Part shown: piece by piece, positions 24,736 to 41,205 of the stretch
How the letters are laid out: each line of letters begins with the position of its first letter
How positions within the stretch are numbered: the stretch's first letter is position 1
From: Eledone cirrhosa
Taxonomy: Eukaryota
Direction: 5' to 3'
Length of the DNA: 64,000 nucleotides
Assembly: GCA_964016885.1 (NCBI GenBank)
Contig: OZ024740.1
Location: forward strand, 174,902,001 to 174,966,000
Notes under the pieces: generated by a model
What the model saw: only the letters and a program-made list of their open reading frames with translations
Told to the model about the DNA's origin: nothing
The model's database searches: none
Position numbers and translations under genes: made by a program

Positions 24736-25356
24736 TAAAGATTAATAATAATAAACAAAAAAATGGAAACACTTAAATTTAGGTTTAAAACATTTTTCTT
24801 AGCCATAAATGCAACGATTTTATTTCCTTTTACCTATGATTTACGCATACCGCAGGAAATATAACGTTTGAAATAAAAAAAATGTTTTAAGATCTAATAA
24901 ACATGTCCTACTACGAGACAAACATTATTCACTCTAAACTTATCAATGTCGTCTTTGTTTATTTTTGCCCTCTTATTGTTATATTTAATTGTTTTCCAGT
25001 TTGGCACATAATTTGATAGCATCTCACCAGTAATTATATGAATAGCATACAAACTAATACTTTTTTAATGGATGATATACAATTTTACAACTATTATCTT
25101 GAATAAATTAGATTTTATGACAATGACAAATTTTTCTGTTAGTCACAACATTTGACATTGCCCCAAATAGCTGCTATAATTATTACATTATGTTGTCATA
25201 AATATGGCAACACATGGTGACACACAGCAAATGCTCTACAATAGATTTTGAAATGTTAAAAGAATTTCCAACCAGCTGTTGATAGTTTATACAATTTTTA
25301 AAGTTCTAAATAGAGCATCTGACAGGTCAGGGAAATCGTAATGGCGGTCTATAAAC

Positions 25357-25470
25357 AGTGGTTCTCAACTAGGATCCATATGGATCTTGGGGGTCCATGT
25401 AACATTACTAAAGGTCCACACAAAAAATAGCAAATTGGGGGTCCACGGTAATATTTTAGTGGTCCATAGA
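25357..25470 (+). mobile_element. hAT-like non-autonomous transposon end
   Basis: CAGTGGTTCTCAAC terminus with repeated GGGGTCC subterminal motifs. No matching opposite end seen. Confidence 0.35.
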
Positions 25471-25814
25471 ACAATTTCACTTCGGAACAGTTGTTACAAC
25501 TGAGAATTGGAATTTCTATAGTAATCTACGCCATATTAGAATAGTAGAAATAGAAATATTCACGTAACTTTGGTTATTTTGATGGCTATCCTCAATATTA
25601 ATGCTATTCTAATAGAAAACTGGTATTTTTCTTCGCCTATGGTACAATATATACCGAAAATAACATGGATCAACTCTATACAATCAAGCTACAAATAAAG
25701 TCCAATATTTACTCGTATAAAATAGGATAGGGAAGAAGTTGCAGTGTGGTAGGTATCTGGCTGTTCAAGCAACTGTACAAATTGTTAGAATATATATATA
25801 TATAATATATATAA

Positions 25815-26339
<525 letters not shown>

Positions 26340-26483
26340 CTGGATCTGTGTGTGTAGTGTAGGTGTCTGTAGAAAGGATGAAGGAAAAAGGACGCTCTGT
26401 GTTATCAACAGAGCTGAAATATTATTAATGACTACTAAGCACAGTTAATCACTACATTAGGTTTCAAAGCATGCCTCTGTAAC

Positions 26484-27729
26484 TCTCTCTATATGAAATT
26501 CTATGTCTGTCTGTCTGTTTCCTTATGCATTCTCAAACGGATAGACTAAATCTATTAGACCCCGGGATTAACAACATGTAATTTTTATTTTCATTTGGAT
26601 TAAAACAATATAACATTTTATCTAAAATATATTTACTATAGACTATAAGTAAACGACATTTTATAACACGACGACGTCACATTTTGTATATGAATATGTA
26701 TGTGTCTGTGAGTGTGTGTGTGTGTTTGCGCGTTCGTTACATACGTTAGGCCTTAGTAAGTTACATACACATACATCGGGTAAATATTTAATCAGATACA
26801 CAGAAAATTAAACACACACACACATCTACACATACATATACACGTGATGAGTGACAAGTATATATGTGTATGAGTGTATGTGAGGTTGAATTTAAGAGGC
26901 TTCTGTTACCAGTCAAACTAAATTTTGTTATTTCAATTAAAAAATCTCAGGGTCAATCCCCCAAGGTAGTTGGACTTGATCTCTCTACTACATGTTTCTC
27001 CCACGGTCAACTCAATGTTGGTTGCTCACGAGTTGGAAGCAGCAACAATTTATTCCTTTGAACACCAACAAAAAATTACACAATGAATATTGTTTACCAT
27101 TAGGTGCTTCAAGATTGACAGATTTTCATTTCTAAATTCTATTATCATTACAATTTTGATATTTAAAAAAATAAAATGTGTATATTTAAAAATAATTATG
27201 AGAAAAAAATATATCTCTATATTTATTGTTTGTTTGTTTGTTCACGAACTACTCCTATGGGTTTGGAGATAGATCCCCCATAACCATATATATTCTGAAA
27301 CTACATTGCCCAAGGTACTTGGATAAGTATATTTCATTTTAATCAAAGGGTTCCCCCGGGGGAAGAAACCCCTGCTGAAAACCACCGCTGAAAATCTTTT
27401 CCCTTTGATTAATATGAAATTTAAACCATAGGTAAATGACAAGATATGATGCCTATTCACAAAATTTCAGCAAATTTTAATAATATTAAGACACCCTAAT
27501 GGGGTTAAACCTCTATTAGGGTTCCCCGGAGGCACAAACCCAGCTGAAAATTGTTTCCCTTCGATTTATATGAAATTTAAACCATAGGTAAATGACAAGA
27601 TATGATGCCTATTCACAACATTTTTGAATTGATATTTTGAAAAATATTATTTACAAGAAACAAAATAAGAATGTGTGAAACGCAAAAAAAAATGTGTGAA
27701 ACGCAACAAGGCGCGGGTAATTCGGCTAG
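26484..27729 (+). mobile_element. Non-autonomous Helitron with a helicase C-terminal remnant
   Basis: FKRLLLPVKLNFVISIKKSQGQS..VGLDL..CFSHGQLNVGCSRV (PIF1-like motifs V/VI, 26880-27060). 5' TC start and 3' GCGCGGGTAATTCGGCTAG|T end. Internal ~110-bp duplication at 27345-27460 and 27520-27617. Confidence 0.8.
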
Positions 27730-27967
27730 TGTATCTATAAAAACCTTTGAAAAATTGAACAAATATAAAGACCTGGAAATAGAGATTGGAAAAATGTGGA
27801 AGTTGAGAGCTAAAATAATACCAGTGGTTGTAGGCGCTCTAGGAATGATACCTAAGGGGTCTAATAATTACTTATCCCAAATCCCAGGAAACCTGTGTAT
27901 AGAAGAAATACAGAAGATAGTATTAATGGGAACTGCCCATATACTAAGGAAAATTCTGTCTATATAA
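27730..27967 (+). mobile_element. R4/Dong-like RLE retrotransposon C-terminal fragment
   Basis: EKLNKYKDLEIEI.KMW...IIPVVVGALG..IQKIVLMGTAHILRK. Confidence 0.75.
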
Positions 27968-30900
27968 GAATATCATAAGTGTAAACACCTAAAGATACAT
28001 GTGTGTGTTTTTCTTGAACATAATAATAATAATATTAATCGGTAGAGCATCAGACACTATGTTTTGCAGCATAGCGTTACGGCCCTTTACCATCTGAGTT
28101 CAAATTGAGGTTAGCTTTGCCTTTCATTCTTACGAGGAAGATGGTACAGGTAACAGAGCATTAATATTTAAAATGAAGAAAAACCAAGGTTAATTTAAAT
28201 CCATTCTTTAATTTCTACGTACGTTTCTATACAGGTGACAATGGTACATGCTTATGTATACAATAAAGTAATCGGAAACAGTTAATTAGCAATTATTTAC
28301 TCAAGACCTAATACATGTAACATCTGCATATCTTCAGGAAATATAAGAAGGAATAAAATTTACCAAATTGAAATAATAAGAATAAATCCCATATCAAATA
28401 TTGGACGTAAGACAAGCATTTAACGAAGACTACATGAAATGGTTTTAGCCTGCAGAGTTGTAAGGGATTATGAATATAGATTGAGGTTAGAAGCATTATT
28501 TTATTATTATTATTAATACTAGCAAAAAAAACACCGTTCGGGTGGTTTTCTGCTAGCATGTGTAGTGTGTATATTGATATTATACGCAAGTATATATGCA
28601 TGTAGATATGATCAAATAAAATCGTAATTGACAATATACACAGAAATTGAACGAAGACTGTGTTACACTGTCTTATGTAATCAGTAACATAATCCATGAT
28701 ACTTTAAAAAAAAACGATTTTATATATAAACTGTATTAGGAGAAAATTAGTGACATTTGAAAGTTTTAAAGAAGTGAATTTTTAAATAAGTAATAAAATA
28801 TATTTAATGAACAGCCACGAAATTTAGTAGATAAATTATGTAATATTCATCCATTATTTATTCAAAGTAATCCAACTTATTTTACTAAGGGGATAAAAAT
28901 TATAAACCGTACGCAGTCCCGCGCTTCTTACTTGATTATAGTTTAGATATTTGTTATTTCCTATAATAGAAGAATATTTGTTGGTGTTTAGATAAAATAC
29001 ATAAACAGGAATATGAAAAGCGAGGAAGAGAAGCGAAATTAGTTTAGAGGCAGCGATAAGAATTTCGCGTAATTCTTCAGGAAATTTATATCATACCAAT
29101 TTTCTAGAAATAATTTTGAGAGAGAGATGGCTATTATTGCTAGAAGGTCGAACGACCGCATAGAGATGTCATCTCTGTTTTAAAGGTCAACTTGAATTGA
29201 TGCTAGGATCGCAACATAGTTCTATGTGTAGGTCTACATTCATGTACTTTTAATTTTTCATGAAGTTACTTTCTTATGAGCAGTTGTTCAGGACTCCAAA
29301 TGTTCTCTAGCCCAGGACCCTTACTGCTTTAATCTTGATCTGCATGTGAGTATAGATATTATTATAGCGGAAATACCTGGAACAGCAGAATTGATATTCA
29401 ATATACTACGAGGCAGCATTATTGGTGGATTGGTAGTATCGGTAGAGGGTCGGACGCTATGCTTTGACGCATAGAGTTACGGCCCTTGCCATTCTGAGTT
29501 CGAATCCCGCCGAGGTTAACTTTGCCTTTCATCCTTACGGGGTCGATAAAATAAAGTACCAGTAATGCACTGGGTATTTGCTGGCATTGTGCCAAAAAGT
29601 AGAAACAATTATTAAGTATCAGTAGACAAAGTTACAGAAGACTAATATTATCTATTTTCTTATTCCTTCACAACGTCCTTGAGAATGTAAGAGACATTTT
29701 GTGACTGAATATTAAGACTTGAATCTATTGGCACGATCAATGTCGATATTATGTAATAACAATGATAATGATTTCTGACATTTTGTGAGAATTGATTTAA
29801 TAGATCGCTTTATTTGACTGGCATCGTCTACCGAAGGATAAAAGCTAAAATCGACCTAGGTTGAATTTGAAATCAGAAAAACAAAGGGACATCAATGATA
29901 TCTGAAAATGATGGATTGATTGGCAGAATCGTTCGAGCGTCGAATAAAATTCTTTGCGGTATTTATTTCGTTTTTTTTTTTTTAATGATCTGAGTTCAAT
30001 TTTCGCCGAGATCAACAATGTCATTTGTGCGTCCGTGATCGATTTTATAAAGTACCAGTGGAGTACTGGGTCGATTTAACCGATTAACCCCTCCCACCCA
30101 AATTACTATTCTTAAACTTGATTGTTTATTTATCAAGATAGAGTATTGAATGGAGCATAGTCACAAGAGGAATTTATATTGATAGTGATATTAGAAAATC
30201 CTATTTCATTCCCTTATTTCATTAGATTAAACTTATCACTGCATTGTATAAATAATATTGTTGTCTAATTTGCCTTTCATCATTTCGTGGTCGATAAATA
30301 AAGTACCAGTCCCGTAATGAGGTAAATTCTTCCTTCACTCACGTTCTCTCTCTCTCTCTTTCTCTTGAGGAAATCGGAAGTGTTAGGGTGGGTTCCACCA
30401 GGTTTAAATACCCCAAATATGTAATATGTCACTAAGGTGCCCCTGTGACTCAATCGGGAGGTAAGAACCCATGTCATATTATGTCGTTGTTTGATCAATC
30501 TATTGCAAAGAGAATAAACCGGTGCGGAAAGTTTACCAGTGGTCGTATTCAATTAATCTGACATCTTCAATTACGCATTCATAATCATACACCAAAAGTT
30601 GTCTACTTCGTTCATATTTTATCATGAGGAAAAACCAAAGTGTTTCTATCTTGAACTTATTCGATAGGTGACTTTATCTGGGATTATGTATCGAAACTGG
30701 AATAATTACGTTGTGGAAGATTGATCAGAGCCATTTAAAACATACAACTACCTTCATATTTACTATGTAGTGTCAAAAATGTTTATCATACATCTGCGAC
30801 CGGGTCATTGACATTATTCCACTGCTGTCAAAATTTGTCTCTCTTCTTTTCTTCACCCACAATATGTCCACACACTCCAGGCCCACACTAACTGCTATGC

Positions 30901-31099
30901 CAAGTCCTTCCTAGCCAAAATGTCTAGTATGTGATATTCCCTACATGCTTATAGATTTCCTGCAACTGTTACGAATCTCTTTGATCTCATTCATGTCATA
31001 AATGTCATAGACAGAATCTCTTCTTCCGGATCAAGCCATTAAATCCCCCCTCCCCCTCTCTCTCTGATACGTTGGCAGATGATGTTTATCTGTTTTGGA

Positions 31100-32103
31100 T
31101 ATTATGCTAATTATGGCAGACTTATATAGTGTTATGGGAGCGTTGATTGATTTCCCACTCGACTACGCCCCACATGTAGTAATCTAATGGATTCAGGTCT
31201 GGAGTGCTAGTAGGCCAAATTTTTGTGGTGACGTGATCCTTGAGATTGTAACTCATCCATTTGTAGGTCATCTTGGCCTTATGAGACGATGCAAAGTCTT
31301 GTTGGTAGTTGTACAGACTTCTTTTGCTCACGCCCTCCATCCAAGGCTTCACAACCCTCTCCAACACCTCCTTATAGTCAGCAACATAGATCCTTAAGCC
31401 CCGTGTAAAGAAATGAGGAGGCATGACATTTCCTTCGTTGCACATGACTCTTCAAACCGCCGCAGAAACTTCGTGTGGATGACTGTTGGAACGTCTTTAG
31501 GGTCTTTGTATAACAATCCTGATCAAAGTTTGTTCCCATCTCATCAGAGAAAAACCAAACCATTCCAAGTTCATGATGTTTCAATTTGCTTAACAAGCGT
31601 TTTGCGCAGATCAGACGGTTATCTTTTGATTTTGAAAACATGAATTGGCCTCTCCATATTACATAGAGCTTATATCGAAGGTCATCTTGCACAATTCTTC
31701 TGATAGTGTACCTTGAAATCTTGATTGAGCTCCTTAACAATGGCACTAATTGACTTTCTGGAATTCTTATCGATAATTTTCTGCACCTTTCGTACAAATT
31801 TGGGTGTTTTGATGGTATTAGGACACTTAGCTGTCGTTTTACGTTTGGCTACTGTTATAAAATCACCGTCAGCGGCTTCCAGGTCTGCGAATTTTGACAA
31901 GAAATGATCGTTACAACTTTCAGTAAGTGAGCAATCTCCAAATGACGATACTCTATCTTTAAGGCAACGATTTTAGCATCTTTTGCGTTTGCTGAGTTAG
32001 CTTGATGTCTATCATCATTTATTTGAAAAGAAATGATAATCAGAATAAGTTAGAAAAAAGTTAGAGCTATTAAAAGACGTGACCTCAAAGAACTGAGCAA
32101 CCC

Positions 32104-32110
<7 letters not shown>
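31100..32110 (-). mobile_element. Degenerate Tc1/mariner (maT/DD37D-like) transposase
   Basis: WFFSDE, VMPPHFF, YQQD.ASSH and WPTSTPDLNPLDYYMWG across three broken ORFs. Confidence 0.8.
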
Positions 32111-32165
<55 letters not shown>

Positions 32166-32568
32166 TTCGTGCCCACATTAACTCAGGTTGTTTTGATTTG
32201 TTTCTTCAAAATTCGTACACGTTGTTTTCCTCGATTGTAAAAATGATGAAGATAAATTACGACTGAAAAGTTAGGGTAAAAATATCAGAAAGATTTCACT
32301 TAGGTGACTTAGGCGAGCCATTTAGAAAGATTTGCGGGCCACAGGTTGCCCATGACTATATCTTTTTCTCTCTTTCTCCTTCTCTGGAAGAAATTGATTG
32401 TGTCCAAACCCAAAGAGGGGCTGGTTCCTCCAAGTTTGAAATGACCAAGACACACGTCTCGATGGCGCCCCTACTACACCGTAATTATTTGCGGGTCCAT
32501 ACGTACATACGTTATAACAATTCAATCATCATCATCATTTTACATCTGCGTGAAACAATTGCTGATAT

Positions 32569-32601
<33 letters not shown>

Positions 32602-33221
32602 AGCATATATATTACAAATATATATACATCATTACATGTAACATTGCAAAGTAAAATAGTGCTTTAGAAAACTTGAACAGACCATTCTTCTTATATCTGT
32701 TCAAGTTTTCTAAAGCACTATTTTACTATTTTACACCATAGTAAAAACCAATATATGTAACATTATCCCATTATTTTAATTTATATTCCTTTGAGTTCCG
32801 ATGAGCCACTCTGTTTTTTAAATATGTTAATTATTTTCAACTGAATCAGATCAATTATGATATATAGTCATCTGATCCAGAAATATTATATGGAGTAGCG
32901 ATACAATTGTAAACGGACATTATTATTATTAATATTATTATTATTATTCTCTACATTCCTTACATCAAACTAAACTATGTTGACAATCTTTTAATAATGT
33001 CTTCCTTGTGAAGTTTGTGGTCTTGTTTTGCTTAACTAATGAATATTTCCAGCTCTGCGCACCTAACCTCTGCATGAACCCAGCCACGTAGCTGCTTTCT
33101 ACTGCATATTGCACATTGAGCACATGCTTTTACGCTTTGGCTTCTAACTAACTCACCAATCTCTCCTCTCATATCTCCTCTACTATCTCCATCTCTCTCT
33201 TTAAGATTGGTTACTCTTTAA

Positions 33222-35153
<1,932 letters not shown>

Positions 35154-35374
35154 ATACATAAATATACAGAACCACGATCAATAGTATCGATTGATAAATT
35201 CTGTTAAAATATATTGAAGCTGTAGGTCAGAGAAGTTGGTGTAGAGGGCAGTCTGGTAGCTTATTCTTTTACTGTTTCCAGGCAGTTGGATGTGGCTATA
35301 CTGGGGCACAACCATAACTCTTCTTGGTTATTTCCTTCAACCCTTTCATCATTGTGTTGTTAATGCTGATAATG

Positions 35375-35700
35375 CCAGCCCTAACGTTAAGGAAAGGAAG
35401 CTAGCAAAATAGCGGGATTTGACCGACAACCTGCTTTTCGTGCCGGTCGCCATCGAGACTTCTAGCGTCCTTGGTGCCCGATCTGTAGTTTTCTTCTGCA
35501 TAATTGAAGGAATGCTCACCACCTGAGGAACCGCCAGTTGAAAAAAGCTCCAATGAGGTGGAATGGTTGATTCTGTGAGTGTCGCAGGCTGTTTTCCCTG
35601 GAAATGCTTTTAGTCTGTTGTCGGTAGGTAGCCACCTAGAGTCAGCCGCTCCCTTACCTCCTTACATTCGTTATTTAATTTGTTTCTTTCTTTTTTTTTA
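35375..35700 (+). mobile_element. Diverged CRE 3' fragment
   Basis: KLAK*RDLTDNLLFVPVAIETSSVLG..GNAF followed by a T-rich tail. Confidence 0.55.
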
Positions 35701-36279
35701 TAAACATAATTTTATTGAAATTTGCTGATGAAATTGATGATGATTGTGTTTTTGTTTGATGATGATTGCGTAATTCGAAGACAATGCAGGTCGAAACATC
35801 CAATAGCATTCATGTAGTCGGTCACAAGACAAGGTGTGAGCCACACACTCAACTCATCATTTATATAGTGTTTCTGCCTATCTAACGACCATACTGCACA
35901 CTCTGACAACAGGAGATGAATCATAGTGACTGCGCTGCTTTATTTTTCATTAGGTATAGAAAATCTTATATTTCCTTATTTCTAGCTGGTTTTTACTGAA
36001 CATCTACTGTAGATTTTACTGTATCGTTGGTGTATCGAGAAATATTCATATAAAACTACCAGGAATTTCCTACCTGTATTTGTCTTAACATTTAAGAAGG
36101 AAAATGCGTATGTGGGTGGAGGTTAAATATTTTTGCTGGGTCTATTCCTGAATTTTTGGGTTTTGAGGAATGGCCGTAGATGTTAACTTTAAAGTCGCTA
36201 AACAACATATCATCAAATAAATATTTAGATAAGGATAGATTGGAGATCTTACGGTCAACATTGGAGAAGTTCTTAAAAA

Positions 36280-37030
36280 CTAGGTGGGGCGGTTTTCTTG
36301 TAGTGTCAGGGACAATGGGGATTGAAGCTTGTAACAAATTCCAATTGCACATTCTTGTTTAGTATTTGTGTTTCGTTGTGTAGGTGACACCTGTGTATAA
36401 TCTGTTATGATGCGTAGCGCACTGTTTTGTAGTTTATTGTAGTTAGTAGTAAAGAGAGAAGGGTTCCAGGTAAAACTGGCAAATTCTAAGATGGATCTAA
36501 TGTATTTGCTGTACGCCATTTCTGCTGTTTCTTTCTAGGATTGCTATATGTTTGTGCATTGTTTCATTTCTTTCCTATATATTCTATATGTTGCGATTAT
36601 TGAGGAAGTATTCAGATCTGTCAACTCTCCCCGACGGACCGGGAGATCTCCCACCCACTTTGGGGTGGGTGAGAGATGTTTTCTCTTGCGAAAATGGGTA
36701 TAGCTTTCATTACGTAAAATCTTCCCATTTTACCTTGTTTCTCCCCGTTTTGGGGCACTTCTTTTCATGGTACACTCCGTTTCGGTTTTTAGAGGTTGGC
36801 AGGTCTGCAGTATTGTATGTAACCTCAAGTATTTTGTCTCATGTCCGTATGTGGCATGTTTATGTTGTTGACAGTGATGGTTACTTGTTATTCATTCGCT
36901 ATGGTGTTGTTGCTAAGAAGGGAGTCAATGTACCCTTCAGCTTCTCTACCCAAATAGTAAATTCACATTTATACCGATAATTAATTGTGAATTTGGCAGT
37001 TTTAGTAAATGCTTCAATGGCAATCTGTAA
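36280..37030 (-). mobile_element. Old LINE RT C-terminal fragments (Jockey/I-like)
   Basis: YSKYIRSILEFASFTWNP..KLQNSALRIIT. Confidence 0.5.
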
Positions 37031-37289
37031 TTGTTGGGGCTTTTAGACCAACACATTGACGAGATAACACTTCACAAATACAATCTGTGGAATAGCAGAT
37101 ATATGCAAGATTTTGCTAACGTTAAATGTGAGATACTCGCGTTTTTTAAATCCAAATTTCAACGACAAAATTTTGTTCCTTTATTAAAAACCAACTCCTT
37201 CCTTACAGGAAGAATTCAAATAATTAAAAAAGAAGCATACATACATACTTACATACATACAGGCATACATGTATGGATACATACATACA

Positions 37290-37840
37290 TTATGGCTGCA
37301 AACTCTGCTAAAAGTATTGCAATCGCTTGTCAGATTATAGAGTTGGGTGCACCTTTAGGCTACGGCCAGCCACACGAATCGGTAACAGATCATGAACAAG
37401 CAATGCCTGTGCTTTGAAGGTTTTTAAGTGGGGAAAGGTCTTGCCCTCGACCAATCCCACTCTCTGAACATCGAAAACACTACCAAAAAAGGAGAATTGG
37501 TCAACATCATCGGATGCTTCCGAAGCCGCAGGTTTTTTTTTTCAGAATTTCCCTTTCTCAGAAAGGTGTTGTAACAACAACTGGATGCCTTTCACTCGTA
37601 GGTGAAAAAAACACAAAAACACAAAGAAAACTACTATTTGGATGGCCGTTGACTCTGTTGAGTTCCTCCGCCCTTTGCCGAGTCTTGTATTTCATCCCGC
37701 ATGGTGTCCAAATATCACCCTCCTCACCAAGCTAGCTTGGTGGGGTTGCCCGTTTAGTCGCCGACGACCCGACCATGAGACAGATTGTACTGGGTTACAT
37801 GTTACCAGTAGCACTTGAGAGCGACTTGACATAGCATACA
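37290..37840 (-). mobile_element. Probable LINE (RTE-like) 5' region; related copy at 41420-41955
   Basis: Shared GATGGCC.TTGACTCT..GAGTTCCT..GCCCTTTG block and CTCCTCACCAAG/CTTGGTG.GG hairpin. Confidence 0.45.
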
Positions 37841-38333
37841 TACATACTTTTCAATAACTTCCTATATAGACATAGAGATCTTAACCACATATGTACAATA
37901 CTATTATATTTGTTCCAAATATGCATGTGTGTATTAATGTGTGTACTATGTGTCGATATTTGTTCTATATTTATATATGTATCTGTGTGTATGGCACCTA
38001 CATTATATATAGATCATTTAACTCTTTCATAACACTATTTCAATTAATTAACGATGAAGCTTGAGGGGTCTACTAAAATTATTAATTATTTCATTTCGTT
38101 GTATATGGTTCTTACATAACATTTTGTAAGGAGAGTTTAATTTAAATTGGAATCTTTTAAGATGGGTAGTTTTGTTTCAAAGAGCCAGAGCTTGTTTTGG
38201 CCGGTTGATATAAAGAGAATTAACATATCTTCTCTGAGAAATGACAAAGATATGCACATTAGGCTACTCAGCCGTTAATATGCATAAGGAAAGTATATAC
38301 TTTCAAACGTTCAATCATCTGACAGGAAGATAT

Positions 38334-38376
38334 ACGATGCTGACGATAGCTAATAAGCTTGAAACTAGTACATCGT
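38334..38376 (+). ncRNA. Minimal type I hammerhead ribozyme with canonical core
   Basis: ACGATG-CTGACGA-TAGCT-AATA-AGCTT-GAAA-CTAG-TA-CATCGT. Stem I extends via CTGACAGGA/TCCTGTGTCAG. Confidence 0.85.
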
Positions 38377-38466
38377 TCCTGTGTCAGTATTGAACAAAAG
38401 GGCGACGATGGTTGCCGAGCACTGTACGGCGTAATTCGGGCTGTTTATTTACAAACAAACCCATAC

Positions 38467-38503
<37 letters not shown>

Positions 38504-38636
38504 CATGTATGTGTATATGTATATATATACATGCTACTATGCGTCTGTACACATATATGTATGTACGTATACATACATATGTTTAGGTATCAGCCGTACT
38601 AGGAGTGAGAAATAAAATTTCGTTTCATTCTTTTCC

Positions 38637-38720
<84 letters not shown>

Positions 38721-38721
38721 G

Positions 38722-38804
<83 letters not shown>

Positions 38805-38959
38805 GTATATAATATATACACATGTATATATATATATATACATGTGTATATATATATACATGTATATAATATATACACATGTATATATATATATATATAT
38901 ATACACACACATGTATATATATATATATATACACATGTATATAATATATACACATGTAT

Positions 38960-41205
38960 ATAATATCTCACTCAGAATCTCTAACCTTTCATCTAACCAG
39001 GATGTATTCGATAAAAATGCGCCCTTTTATTACGAAGCTTTAGCTAGAAGCGGCCACAAAAACAAATTAGTCTATATACTTTGCACCAATAATACTTCAA
39101 ACATACAACCCAATATTACCAACAAACACCAAATGTAAAATCCACACCTAAATTCCACTCACACTACACCCAAAAATACCAACCTAAAACTTAATTTCTC
39201 TACCTCTTCTCACATAAAATATGACTTTCAAAACACCATTCATCCTAATACTCCAATATACGTTAATAACATTACTAACAAAATTCCTAATAATCAGACT
39301 AAAACACCTAAATCAGTTAATCTAACTAAACCTATATATAATAAATTCACTAATAGTAACTCTCGTAGTAAACATCCTGATACATCGTATAAATATAAAA
39401 AACAATATCGAAACCGTAATAGACGGGTTACTTGGTATAATGCTCCATTTAATCTAAAAATTAAAGATAATATCCCTAAAAATGTTTTTACTATCCTAGA
39501 GAAAAACTTCCCGCCAAACCATAAATACCATCAAATTTTAAATAGATTAACTGTCAAATTTTCCTACTCTACTACCAAAAATATACAACAAAATATAAGT
39601 GCGTACAACGCATATAAATGTAAAAAAAACCACGACTATATCACCAACACATCAAACCAACGATAATACTAAAATAAACCGCAACAAACCACCATCTCCT
39701 TCACATATAACAAGTCGAGTAAATTCCACACCAAATTTGACTAACTCCCCTGATATAATATTCACGAATGGTTGTAACTGTAGAAACAAAAGAAATTGCC
39801 CATTAAAGGGAAATTGTCTTATTAATAACATAGTCTATAAATGTAAAATTAGCACTAAGGACTCCACTTATTCATATATAGGAGCTACGTCTAACCAATT
39901 TAAAGTAAGATTTAATACCCACAAACATAGTTTTATAAATGCCGCATTAGCTAATACAACATCCTTGGCTGAAACAATTAATAATTATAGAAAAAAGAAT
40001 ATCGATTACAACCTGACCTGGAGTGTGCTCAAAAGGGCCACCCCCTTATCAAAATAACAGATATGAGAGTAGATTATACTCCCAGGAACTTTTTGAAATA
40101 ATGAAATCTAAGGATATCCTATTAAATAAGCGACAAGAATTAATTATATCTTGCAATCATAGAATTAGAAGACCTTCAAATATTATAAACCTAATGAATA
40201 TACACCTTACACTTATATTTTACATATTATTATAATTAGTTTTTTAAATTTAGTTAACCTATAATTCGTACTTTACTACAGAGAACTTCATAATTTTATT
40301 TCCCTCTTACAGCTCTATTTTCCTAAATTTAATACCTAAAAGTATACATATAAATTAATTTAATTTCCTGTTATGAATTTAGATTCCTTGTAGTTTATAT
40401 AAGATTGGTATTTTTCACTACTACTCTTATCCCAAAATTTTATTTTCCTTCGTTTTTCACAACATTGTTTAATAACATCTAATTCTTATTTATCACATCC
40501 ATATGAATTAATATAAATTTATCCCTATAAGTATGCCTATCAATTAATTTAATTTCTTGTTAAAGATCTAGATTCCTTGTGGTTTAAATAAGATTGGTAT
40601 TTCTCACTAACACCCTTACCCTAAAATTTTACTCCTTCGTTTTTAACATTATTCTTTAAAAACATCAAATTTTCGTGTACCCTTCCCCAAAGTATTCTTT
40701 TCATTCAAAGTATTCTTTCCATTCAAAACATAAGTCTGCACTCCTCTACCCCTAAATTAAATTTCTAATACTACTATTCTATCAACTTGACCTCTTACTA
40801 CTTTTCTATTGGTGAATTCAAAACCTGTTCCCAAACAGACCTATTATATTAAATCTTTCTTGGTTTTTTTCAATAAACAAATCTCATAATTTCTGAAGAC
40901 AGCATATATATGTGAAGGTATGTATATTTCCTCTGATAGTTTGTAATATTTTTACATAGATCTATATGATATACATACCAACACACATATATATCCTAGA
41001 AACGATCGTAAAATGATGAATTTTTTAATATAAGGTACTTGTTCTTTGTTTTTATTCATTGTTTTTATTAATTTATCTTGACTCTGTTTTTCTATGATTT
41101 TCATCAAAAATTTTTTGAATGCATCTTCTCTTTTCATGATATTTGGATTACATTGAGTTCTTCATACGGATTGGACACTACCGTATATTTTGGTAGATTT
41201 ATCTA
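38960..41205 (+). mobile_element. 5'-truncated Naiad-type Penelope-like element (RT thumb, GIY-YIG endonuclease, 3' UTR/pLTR)
   Basis: [64 protein letters not shown] (CxCx5Cx5C) and IVYKC..YIGATSNQFKVRFNTHKHSF. Confidence 0.9.
40885..41018 (+). ncRNA. Type I hammerhead with ~100-nt extended stem II
   Basis: ATTT-CTGAAGA-[ATATATATGTG..GGTATGTATAT / ATATACATACC..CACATATATAT]-GAAA-CGATCG-TA-AAAT. Confidence 0.7.

Noticed and set aside
39770-40170. Selenocysteine (in-frame TGA) in the Naiad GIY-YIG, as reported for some Naiads
   Set aside because: The CxCx5Cx5C cysteines here and at ~46570-46610 are TGT/TGC; no TGA at those positions.
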